Origin: Candidatus Eiseniibacteriota bacterium
GTDB lineage: Bacteria; Eisenbacteria; RBG-16-71-46
Length of the DNA: 53,047 nt
Reading direction: 5' to 3'
Assembly (NCBI GenBank): GCA_044222065.1
Contig: JBGAOA010000025.1
Location: 1 to 53,047 of the forward strand
The notes below the pieces were generated by a model that saw nothing but the letters and a program-made list of their open reading frames with translations, was not told the DNA's origin and did not search any database. Below are positions 41,296-49,530 of this stretch, one piece after another (position 1 is the stretch's first letter; the number at the start of each line of letters is the position of its first letter). Both the position numbers and the translations under genes were made by a program.

Positions 41296-42804
41296 ATGCA
41301 CGACTCGGACGCCCCCCCGAGTTTGGAAGGGTTCCTCGACGAGTACTCCGGACGCCTGGCCGAGCTGTTGCGCGGTGCCGGTCGGCATTCGTTTCTCGAG
41401 GGCCCGATCGTGCTTCCCGACGACGAGTGGTTCCCGGACCGCTGGACGCCCGACATCGAGTCGGTGCGGCGAATTGCCGTCCGACTGCTCGCCTATGCAG
41501 GGCTCGGTCACCTGCAGGCCGAGTGCACCGGTTTCGGCCTGCATCGCTCCCGGAGTTTCCCTTCGCCGCTCCATGTCGCCGAGCGGCCTTCGGAGCGCGG
41601 GGCCGCCGCCGTGTTCTTCGGGATATCCGAAGACTGCGCCTACTTCGGCGTCGAACTGAACATGCTCGATCGGCCGCAGGTCCTGGTGGGCACGATGGCG
41701 CACGAAGTGGCTCACGCCTGGCGGCTTTCGCACGAACTCGAAGTCGAGAACGCAGCGGAAGAAGAGCGGTTGACCGACCTCACGTCGGTCGTGCTCGGCT
41801 TCGGCGTCCTGAGCGCGAACGCCGCCTATCTCTACGAAACCGACCACGAAGTGCGAGGCGGGATGACGATGCACCGCTCGGCGCACTTCCAGACCGGGTA
41901 CGTCGGGCCCGACCGATTGGCCTGGCTGCTCGCGATTCAATGCGTGGTTCGGGGACTCGACGGGGATCCCATCCGTAGCCGTCTCGGAACGACCCAGCGG
42001 AGCGCGTTCGATGAGGTCGTTCGCGCGATGTCTCGCGACGCGCTGCTCGCGAGGCTCGAACTCCGCGACGTGCTGCCAGTCGGGGATTGGGAGCAGGGGA
42101 AGCCACCGAGCGTCGAGATCCGGCCAGGCTGGGCGGTGCGAACGGTCGTGGCGCTGGGTGAGCGGGCGCGGGAGCAAGTGGGCGGAGAGAACGAACTGCT
42201 CGACCGCCCGCTGGTCTTCGAGCCCGAGATCGTGTTCACGCGGCATCACTGGCTCGCGACGCTCGGGCGACCGCACATCGACGGCGGCTGGCGGATCGAT
42301 CTCGTTCTCGTCGAGGTTCCCGACTGCGAACGCGTCCTGCTCGTCGGCGCGCACCACGAACGCGGCGCGAGGACCGATCGCGTCTTCGGCCTGTTCGAGG
42401 ATCGCTGCGTGCGCAAGAAGACGACGTTCTTCCGGGCGCTTTCGAAGCTCTTCGACCCCGGGCACGGGAAAGCCCTCGCACTCACCGAACCGCCGTCTTT
42501 CGCGCACGTCTACTCGAGGCGGCTGCTCGGAATCGACGAACTCCGAGACATCCTCGCCGGTCCTGTGATGGCATTCGGCGCCGATTGCATCTACGCGGAC
42601 ACTCTCGAGCTCGAGGCGGGCCGGCGCAGCCTCGCGCGCGTGCGTGGAGAGTCGGAGGGCGGACCGCGCGAGCCCGCGCCAGGAGGTTTCGACCTGCGAC
42701 GAGGCTACAAACAGTGGTGGATGACCGTCTCGGACCGGTGGCGTGTGGACGACGAATCATCGACGTTCGAGGCGATCGAGAACCGTATCGCCCGGGAGCG
42801 TTGA
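41296..42804 (+). CDS. Hypothetical protein with an HExxH zincin-like motif
   Basis: MAHEVAHAW and downstream EEERLTDLTSVVLGFG; more A/T-ending codons than neighbours; start uncertain (41260 or 41296). Confidence 0.7.
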   Translation: MHDSDAPPSLEGFLDEYSGRLAELLRGAGRHSFLEGPIVLPDDEWFPDRWTPDIESVRRIAVRLLAYAGLGHLQAECTGFGLHRSRSFPSPLHVAERPSERGAAAVFFGISEDCAYFGVELNMLDRPQVLVGTMAHEVAHAWRLSHELEVENAAEEERLTDLTSVVLGFGVLSANAAYLYETDHEVRGGMTMHRSAHFQTGYVGPDRLAWLLAIQCVVRGLDGDPIRSRLGTTQRSAFDEVVRAMSRDALLARLELRDVLPVGDWEQGKPPSVEIRPGWAVRTVVALGERAREQVGGENELLDRPLVFEPEIVFTRHHWLATLGRPHIDGGWRIDLVLVEVPDCERVLLVGAHHERGARTDRVFGLFEDRCVRKKTTFFRALSKLFDPGHGKALALTEPPSFAHVYSRRLLGIDELRDILAGPVMAFGADCIYADTLELEAGRRSLARVRGESEGGPREPAPGGFDLRRGYKQWWMTVSDRWRVDDESSTFEAIENRIARER

Positions 42805-42889
42805 CCGCCCGATTCCGTACGGAAGGTCCGACGCGCCGGCCGCGCGTGCGGTAGGCGCCGGCACCCCGCAATGTGCTCGCAGCCCTCGG

Positions 42890-43396
42890 TCAGAGGCTGT
42901 CCGTTCGTCCCGGCGTTCCTCTGGCCGGGGGTCGGAAACGCTCGCCCGCCGAATCCGTTCCCGAGGGCATCACGAACCATGCGGCGGTCGTGAAGAAGCG
43001 CTCGGATCCCTGAGGGAGCGGGGTGAGCCGCGACGCCGGGAGAGCCTCTTCGCGCGCGGGCGTGCGCGCCGCCGCGCCTCTGAGGCCCGCGCCCACCGCG
43101 ACCGCCGCGAGCACCGCGAGCGCGAGCGCCGCCCACGCCGGCACCGGACGCGCGAACCACGCCGGCCTCGGGGCTGCCGCCGGCGAAGCGAGGGCCGCGC
43201 GGATGCGCTCGCGCAGCGCCGCGTCGGGCGCGACGCGCGTGCCGCGCACGGCGTCGCGCAGCGCGATCCGACGGCGCTCTTCGGCGCCGCATTCCGCGCA
43301 CGCGGACCGGTGCAGCTGGAGTTCGATCTCGGCCTCGGAGTCGAGCTCGCCGAACACGAGTTCGTCGAGCGCCGCTCGCGCCTTCTCACACGTCAT
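42890..43396 (-). CDS. Zinc-binding (ZAS/zf-HC2) transmembrane anti-sigma factor
   Basis: MTCEKAR...GEL...HRSACAEC (HxxxCxxC), one TM helix; overlaps the sigma gene end. Confidence 0.85.
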   Translation of the reverse strand: MTCEKARAALDELVFGELDSEAEIELQLHRSACAECGAEERRRIALRDAVRGTRVAPDAALRERIRAALASPAAAPRPAWFARPVPAWAALALAVLAAVAVGAGLRGAAARTPAREEALPASRLTPLPQGSERFFTTAAWFVMPSGTDSAGERFRPPARGTPGRTDSL

Positions 43397-43967
43397 GACA
43401 GGGCTCCTCGCGGTCGGGTGGTGACGGTTCCTCTTCGATCGCGGCCCGCAGCCTGCGGACCGCGTGGTGCATGCGCGACTTCACCGTGCCCTCGGGAACG
43501 TTGAGCACGCGCGCGACGTCGCGCACGGACATCTCCTCGCGCACGCGCAGCAGCACGACGACGCGATGCTCGTCGTCGAGCGACGCGAGCGCGCGCGCCA
43601 CGGCCGCATCGCGCGCGCGCCCGGCCGCGCGCGCTTCGGGCCCCTCGCGCGGCTCGGCCACCTCGAGCGCCTCGTCGCCGAGCGGCCGCGCGTTCGCGAT
43701 GCGCCTCCTCCGCAGCTCGCTGAGCGCGAGGTTCGTCGCCGTGCGATAAAGCCACGCGCGGAACGCGCCGCGCTCTTCGTATCGCCCGATGTGCCGCCAC
43801 ACGCGAACGAACGTCTCCTGAAGCAGGTCCTCGGCGGCCGCGCGCTCGCGCACGAGCCCCTCGAGATAGGCGAGCAGCCGCGCGCCCCAGCGCTCGAACA
43901 ACTCATCGAACGCCCGCGGCTCTCCGCGCCGGATCCGCCCGGCGATCGTGTCGTCCCACTCGGACAC
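43386..43967 (-). CDS. ECF RNA polymerase sigma factor
   Basis: AEDLLQETF, FRAWLYRTATN (region 2), VPEGTVKSRMHHA (region 4); GGGAGGAG SD. Confidence 0.93.
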   Translation of the reverse strand: MSEWDDTIAGRIRRGEPRAFDELFERWGARLLAYLEGLVRERAAAEDLLQETFVRVWRHIGRYEERGAFRAWLYRTATNLALSELRRRRIANARPLGDEALEVAEPREGPEARAAGRARDAAVARALASLDDEHRVVVLLRVREEMSVRDVARVLNVPEGTVKSRMHHAVRRLRAAIEEEPSPPDREEPCHDV

Positions 43968-43991
43968 GCGGCCCCGACTCCTCCCGCGGCC

Positions 43992-45233
43992 CTAGGGCCG
44001 CGGGAAGCGCTTCCGCCAGTAGGCGAGGCGCGGGGCCCTCGGATCCACCTGCTCCCACGCCGCGAGGAACTGCGCGCCGCCGTCGCTTTCGTGCTGCCGG
44101 TCGCAGGAATCGAGCACGCGCTCCATCACCTCGCGGCCCCGCGTGTCCGCGTGGCGGCGGTACAGGGCGAGCGCGAGCTGGTAGTCGGCGGCGACGTAGT
44201 TGCGCATCAACGTGCCGAGCGCCGTCCAGCGCTTCCAGTCCACGCTCGCGCTCGTCGCGCTCTCGCGACGGTAAAGTCCTTCGAGGTTGCGCGCGAGCTT
44301 CGCCTCGTCGGCCATCGCGTCGCCCTTCGACTCGCGCACGCGGTAGACGACGCCCTCGCACGCGAGCTGGCGGTCGGTGAGCTTCGTCGCCGCGTCGAGC
44401 GTGACCGCGAAGTACACGGGGCGCCGCTCCGCCGCGGGCCGCTTCTCGAGGTTCTCGAGCAACATCTTCACGACGTCCGTTCCGTAGCGGCAGTCCTCGC
44501 GCTCGCCGAGCGGGAGCGGCAGCGATGCCGGCGCCGCCGCGAGCTGCGCGCGATACCAGGGCAGCGCCAGCAACCCGACGTTCACGACGATCACGTCCGT
44601 GCGCAGTCCGCGCGCCGTCTGGAGCGCCAGGCACGGGTACGTGTCGTTGTCGCCGTTCGTCACGAGGATCGCCCGCGGCTCGAGCCCGACGAGCAGGTTG
44701 TAGCCGAAGTCCACGAGCGGCTCCGGCATGCGGCCGTTGTCGAGCAGCGACTTGAGGTGCGCGTTCGCCTCGTCACGCCTCCCCTGCGAGAGCCGCATGG
44801 TCCAGAGGTGGTAATGCGCGTCGTCCACGAGCGGGTCGAGCGCGAGCGCGCGCTCGAGCAGCCGGATGGATTCGGACGGATCGTCATGGCCCGGGCCGCC
44901 GCAGTAGAGCGCCCAGCTGTAGCGCCCGAGTGCCGCGAGCGCTTCGGCATCGTTGGGATCGATCTCGAGCGCCTTCTTCGCGTAGGCCTTCGCGCTCTCG
45001 CAGGACTGGGCGTAGTAGGCGGCGCGTGCGAGTTGCGTCCACGCGCGCACGTCGCGCGGGTGGGCGTTCGCGTACCGGAGCCACTGGTCGCGCAGTTCGG
45101 CGTAGGTCGTGGTCGTGGGGTAGGCCATCCGAAGCGGCAGCACCTCGGGTGGCCGGCCGGTGCCCTCGGCCGGGGCCGGGCGGGCCGTGACCAGCGCCAC
45201 GGCGATCAGACAGGCGGCGAGCGTGGACTTCAT
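43992..45233 (-). CDS. Secreted TPR protein with a DUF2723/TMEM260-like C-terminal motif domain
   Basis: Signal peptide MKSTLAACLIAVALVTARPAPA; TPR-like helices (AKKALEIDPNDAEA, LERALALDP); motif YNLLVGLEPRAILVTNGDNDTYP...RTDVIVVNVGLL.LPWY; GGAG SD. Confidence 0.78.
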   Translation of the reverse strand: MKSTLAACLIAVALVTARPAPAEGTGRPPEVLPLRMAYPTTTTYAELRDQWLRYANAHPRDVRAWTQLARAAYYAQSCESAKAYAKKALEIDPNDAEALAALGRYSWALYCGGPGHDDPSESIRLLERALALDPLVDDAHYHLWTMRLSQGRRDEANAHLKSLLDNGRMPEPLVDFGYNLLVGLEPRAILVTNGDNDTYPCLALQTARGLRTDVIVVNVGLLALPWYRAQLAAAPASLPLPLGEREDCRYGTDVVKMLLENLEKRPAAERRPVYFAVTLDAATKLTDRQLACEGVVYRVRESKGDAMADEAKLARNLEGLYRRESATSASVDWKRWTALGTLMRNYVAADYQLALALYRRHADTRGREVMERVLDSCDRQHESDGGAQFLAAWEQVDPRAPRLAYWRKRFPRP

Positions 45234-45275
45234 CGGTGGTTCTCCACGGGGTCGGACGGCGGGATTCCGACACCG

Positions 45276-45301
45276 AAACGCTCGAGTCGCGTCGAGGTTC
45301 A
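45276..45301 (-). promoter_or_regulatory. Putative ECF-sigma promoter for the TPR-sigma-anti-sigma operon
   Basis: Minus strand TGAAC-N16-CGTTT, ending about 43 nt before the ATG at 45233. Confidence 0.55.
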
Positions 45302-45445
45302 CGAAGATCCGCCGACCGGGCGGAAGTTGCCCGGCGCGGCTCCCGCGGGCTGGGAGCCGCCCGGGCGAGGGGCTAAGGTACACGTCGCTCGCGGCCGTTC
45401 CGAGCGCTGATTCCCCCTCACGCACTCCCACTCGAGGAGTCCCCG

Positions 45446-47572
45446 ATGCGCGCCTTCCTCCGTGTCGTCCTGCCGGCCTTCGCGCCGCTCGTCCTGTTCG
45501 CGGCGCTCGCGACCGCCGCGCCTCCGTCCGCGCCTCCCGTCACCACGGTGAAGGAAGTCCGCGAAACGCTGCACGGCGTCGAGATCTCGGACCCCTATCG
45601 CTGGCTCGAGGACCAGAACAGCCCCGAGACCCGAGCGTGGATCGAAGAACAGACCCGCTACACGCACGACGTGCTCGCCGAAGTCGGCGGTCGCGAGGCG
45701 ATCGAGTCGCGGCTCGAGCCGCTGCTCAAGGCCGAGGGGCAGAGCACGCCGATCGAGCGCGCAGGCCGGCTGTTCTTCGCCCGCCGTCGCGCGGATCAGG
45801 AGCAGTCCGTGCTGTACGTGCGCGGCGCCGACGGCAAGGACGAGGTGCTGGTGGACCCGCATCCGCTCAGCGCCGATCGCACGACCTCGGTGTCGTACCT
45901 CGACGTGACCGAGGACGGCTCGCTCGTCGCGTACGCGACGCGCGAGGGCGGCGCGGACGAGGTCACGGTCACGCTGCTCGACGTCGCGACCCGCCGCCCG
46001 CTCGTGGACGCGCTGCCGAAGGCCCGTTATTTCGGCGTGAACCTGCGCCCGGACCGGCGCGGCCTCTACTACTCGAAGTTCGAGGCGACCGGCCCGCGCG
46101 TCTACTACCACGCGATGGGCACGGATCCGGCGAGCGACGAGCGGATCTTCGGCGACGGCTACGGTCCCGAGAACATCATTGGCGCGCGGCTGTCCGAGAA
46201 CGGACGCTGGCTGCTGCTCGGGATCCAGCGCGGCTCCGCGAGCGACGAGACGAAGCTCGTCGTCCGCAACGTCGAGACGAACGGTCCGTGGACGTGGATC
46301 GTGAAGGACCAGAAGGGCAGCTTCACCGGCGACTTCGCCGGCGACCGCCTGTACGTCACGACCACGTGGGAGGCGCCGCGCGGCCGCGTGCTCCGCATGG
46401 ACCTGAACGACGCCGCGGCCGGCCAGTGGACGACGGTCGTGCCCGAGGGCGAGGACGTCATCGAGGGCACGTCGCTCGTCGGCGGGCGGCTGTTCGTGAA
46501 CTACCTGCACGACGTGGCCTCGCGCGTCCAGGTGTTCGACGCCGACGGCAAGCGCACCGGCGCGATCGCGTTCCCGACGCTCGGCTCGGTGTCGGGGCTC
46601 GCGGGCTCGTGGACGTCGCCGAACGCGTACTTCACGTTCGCCTCGTTCCACGTGCCGACCACGATCTACCGCTACGACGCGAAGCGCGGCACGAAGTCCG
46701 AGTGGTGGCGCTCGCCCGTGCCGGTGAAGAGCGACGCGTACGCGCTCGAGCAGGTGTGGTTCACGTCGAAGGACGGCACGCGCGTGCCGATGTTCGTCGG
46801 GCACCGGAAAGGCCTGAAGCTCGACGGGACGAATCCCACGATGCTCACGGGCTACGGCGGCTTCCAGCAGAACATGCGTCCGACGTTCTCGGCGCGCGCG
46901 GTCGCGTGGATGGACGCGGGCGGCGTGTTCGCGCTGCCGAACCTGCGCGGCGGGAGCGAATTCGGTGAGGCGTGGCATCGCGCCGGGATGCTCGAACACA
47001 AGCAGAACACGTTCGACGACTTCATCGCGGCGGCCGAGGCGCTGATCGCGATGCGCTACACGTCGTCGCAGAAGCTCGCGATCCTGGGCGGCAGCAACGG
47101 CGGACTGCTCGTCGGCGCGTGCATGACGCAGCGCCCCGAGCTGTATCGCGCCGTCGTGTGCTCGGTGCCGCTGCTCGACATGCTGCGCTACCACCAGTTC
47201 CTGGTCGCGCGGTTCTGGGTGCCCGAGTACGGCTCGTCGGAGGATCCGAAGCAGTTCGAGTGGCTGCGCGCGTATTCGCCCTACCAGCACGTGAGGGCGG
47301 GCGAGAAGTACCCCGCGGTGCTGTTCGTCTCGGGCGACTCCGACACGCGCGTCGCCCCGCTCCACGCGCGCAAGATGACGGCGCTCGTCCAGGCGTCGAG
47401 CGCCTCGGGACTCCCGGTGCTGCTCCAGTACGACACGAAGTCGGGGCACGCGGGCGGCAAGCCCGTCCGCAAGCAGATCGAGGACCTCGCGGACGAACTG
47501 CAGTTCCTGGAGTGGCAGCTCGGCATGATCGGCGTTCCGGGCGCCCCGAGCGCGCTCGAAGGCTCGCATTGA
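45446..47572 (+). CDS. Secreted prolyl oligopeptidase (peptidase S9A)
   Basis: Signal peptide; DPYRWLED, GYGGF, NLRGGSEFG, GGSNGG nucleophile, DTRV, GHAGG. Confidence 0.95.
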   Translation: MRAFLRVVLPAFAPLVLFAALATAAPPSAPPVTTVKEVRETLHGVEISDPYRWLEDQNSPETRAWIEEQTRYTHDVLAEVGGREAIESRLEPLLKAEGQSTPIERAGRLFFARRRADQEQSVLYVRGADGKDEVLVDPHPLSADRTTSVSYLDVTEDGSLVAYATREGGADEVTVTLLDVATRRPLVDALPKARYFGVNLRPDRRGLYYSKFEATGPRVYYHAMGTDPASDERIFGDGYGPENIIGARLSENGRWLLLGIQRGSASDETKLVVRNVETNGPWTWIVKDQKGSFTGDFAGDRLYVTTTWEAPRGRVLRMDLNDAAAGQWTTVVPEGEDVIEGTSLVGGRLFVNYLHDVASRVQVFDADGKRTGAIAFPTLGSVSGLAGSWTSPNAYFTFASFHVPTTIYRYDAKRGTKSEWWRSPVPVKSDAYALEQVWFTSKDGTRVPMFVGHRKGLKLDGTNPTMLTGYGGFQQNMRPTFSARAVAWMDAGGVFALPNLRGGSEFGEAWHRAGMLEHKQNTFDDFIAAAEALIAMRYTSSQKLAILGGSNGGLLVGACMTQRPELYRAVVCSVPLLDMLRYHQFLVARFWVPEYGSSEDPKQFEWLRAYSPYQHVRAGEKYPAVLFVSGDSDTRVAPLHARKMTALVQASSASGLPVLLQYDTKSGHAGGKPVRKQIEDLADELQFLEWQLGMIGVPGAPSALEGSH

Positions 47573-47653
47573 GCGTGCGGCCGGACGCGCGGGAGACGCA
47601 CGCCGCCTCCCGCGCGCCGTTCGCGAGCGGCGCGCCGCTCGCGGCGGGGCGCG

Positions 47654-47989
47654 GTGCTCGGCCTGCTCGCCGTGGCGGCGGGCGCCTTCGGGGCGCACGC
47701 CCTTCGCGAGCGGCTCGCGCCCGACCTGCTCGCGGTGTTCGAGACCGGCGCGCGCTACCAGCTCGTCCACGCGCTGCTCGTCGTCGTCGTGGGGCTCTTC
47801 GAGGACCGTGGCGGGCGCCCGCTCGCTCCGGCCGGGCTCCTGCTCGTGATCGGCACCGTCGTGTTCTCGGGCAGCCTCTACGCGCTCGCGCTCAGCGGCG
47901 CGCGCCTCTGGGGCGCCGTGACGCCGGTCGGAGGGCTGCTCCAGATCGCGGGCTGGCTCGTGCTGGCGATCCGGCTGGCGCGACGCTGA
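47654..47989 (+). CDS. DUF423 (YgdD/TMEM256-like) small membrane protein; 5' end possibly frameshifted
   Basis: AVAAGAFGAHAL, FETGARYQLVHA, FSGSLY, GAVTPVGG. Confidence 0.88.
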   Translation: MLGLLAVAAGAFGAHALRERLAPDLLAVFETGARYQLVHALLVVVVGLFEDRGGRPLAPAGLLLVIGTVVFSGSLYALALSGARLWGAVTPVGGLLQIAGWLVLAIRLARR

Positions 47990-48194
47990 AGCCGCTCGGA
48001 AGCGGATTCCGCCTCAGGTTGCCTGAGTTCGAAACCGCTGAACGAGAAGTCGTTGCGAGGCTCGCCTGCGAGAAAAAAGCTCTTTCCCACAACCCGGTCC
48101 TCTGACATTTTCCTGACGCTTCGCGACCGGGTTACCCCTGCGGGCACTCCCGCGCCCGGCACGACGAAGCGTGACCCCAGCTGGAGGAGTTCGC

Positions 48195-49418
48195 ATGAAG
48201 GCGAAGCATCTCCTGCCGTCGGCCGTGTTGGGTTGTGCCCTGTTCGCCGCCTCAGTCCAGGCCCAGACCGTCACTCCCGAGCGCATGCCGGACGAGATCG
48301 GCAACGGGGGCGTGAGCGAGCGCTGCTCGACGCCGGTCCCGACCGAGAGCGAGATGGCCTCGGTCGCCGCCTACCTCAAGGCGCACCAGAACGAGCTGAG
48401 CACGATGGCCGTCGGCGGCCAGATCAAGGTCGCGTGGCACGTCATCTACAACGGCTCGACGGGGAACATCCCGCAGTCGCAGATCGACGCGCAGATCGCC
48501 GAGCTGAACCTCGCCTACAACGGTTCGCACGGCGGATTCAACACGGGCTACACCTTCGTGCTCGCGTCGGTGGACCGCACGAACAACCGCCAGTGGTTCG
48601 GCTGCACGCCGGGCAGCTCGCGCGAAGTGAACATGAAGAACGCGCTCGCGATCGATCCGATCCATCGCCTGAACGTGTACTCGTGCAGCCCGGGCCAGAG
48701 CCTGCTCGGCTGGGCGTACTTCCCGTGGTCGTACGCCGAGAACAGCAAGATGCACGGCGTCGTGTTCCACTACGCCTCGGTGCCGGGCGGTGCGCTTTCG
48801 CCGTACAACCTCGGCGGCACGCTCGACCACGAAGTCGGCCACTACCTCGGCCTCTACCACACGTTCCAGGGCGGCTGCACCGCTCCCGGCGACCAGGTGG
48901 ACGACACCCCGTACGAGGCGACCGCGACGACGGGCTGCCCGGCCGGCAAGAACACCTGCGCCGCGGCCGGCGACGATCCGATCCACAACTACATGGATTA
49001 CTCGTACGACGCCTGCTACACGCAGTTCACGGCCGGTCAGGACGTGCGCATGGACGCGGCGGTGCCCGCGTACCGCCCGAACCTGCTGAACGCCGCGGTC
49101 GCGCAGGGCATCGTGAAGTCGCCGGCGACGGAGCTCGGCTCGCGCGCGCTCACGGCGGTGCAGTTCCGCGGCGCGACGCCGAATCCGTTCCGCGTCGAGA
49201 CGCAGCTGCGCTTCGCGCTCCCGCAGGCGGGCCACGTGTCGCTGCGCGTCTACAACGTCGCCGGCCAGCTCGTCGAGACCGTCGTGGACGGCACGCTGTC
49301 CGCGGGCGAGCACTCGGCGCGCTTCGCGGCGAAGTCGCTGCCGTCGGGCATGTACTTCGCGCAGCTCAAGCTCGGCAACGGCGAGACGGTCGGCCGTACG
49401 GTCGTGCTCATCGACTGA
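48195..49418 (+). CDS. Secreted M43 (pappalysin/ulilysin-like) zinc metalloprotease with a T9SS-type-A/FlgD-like C-terminal domain
   Basis: GGAGG SD, signal peptide, HEVGHYLGLYH, Met-turn NYMDY, C-terminal PNPF...YNVAGQLV...LPSGMYF. Confidence 0.9.
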   Translation: MKAKHLLPSAVLGCALFAASVQAQTVTPERMPDEIGNGGVSERCSTPVPTESEMASVAAYLKAHQNELSTMAVGGQIKVAWHVIYNGSTGNIPQSQIDAQIAELNLAYNGSHGGFNTGYTFVLASVDRTNNRQWFGCTPGSSREVNMKNALAIDPIHRLNVYSCSPGQSLLGWAYFPWSYAENSKMHGVVFHYASVPGGALSPYNLGGTLDHEVGHYLGLYHTFQGGCTAPGDQVDDTPYEATATTGCPAGKNTCAAAGDDPIHNYMDYSYDACYTQFTAGQDVRMDAAVPAYRPNLLNAAVAQGIVKSPATELGSRALTAVQFRGATPNPFRVETQLRFALPQAGHVSLRVYNVAGQLVETVVDGTLSAGEHSARFAAKSLPSGMYFAQLKLGNGETVGRTVVLID

Positions 49419-49448
49419 GGACCGCACGCGGGCATCGAACCGCCCGTT

Positions 49449-49482
49449 CGGGGCCGGCCCCACCGCCGGCCCCGTCGTTTTT
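49449..49482 (+). terminator. Probable intrinsic terminator after the M43 protease
   Basis: Stem CGGGGCCGGC/GCCGGCCCCG followed by TCGTTTTT. Confidence 0.7.
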
Positions 49483-49530
49483 CCGGCCCGCCGCTGACAC
49501 CCGCGCGCGCGCTGTGGCACAGTGCGGACC

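Noticed and set aside
41200..42900. Integrative element or prophage at tRNA-Asn
   Set aside because: No integrase, no phage genes and no duplicated tRNA 3' end found downstream by eye; kept only as a possible islet
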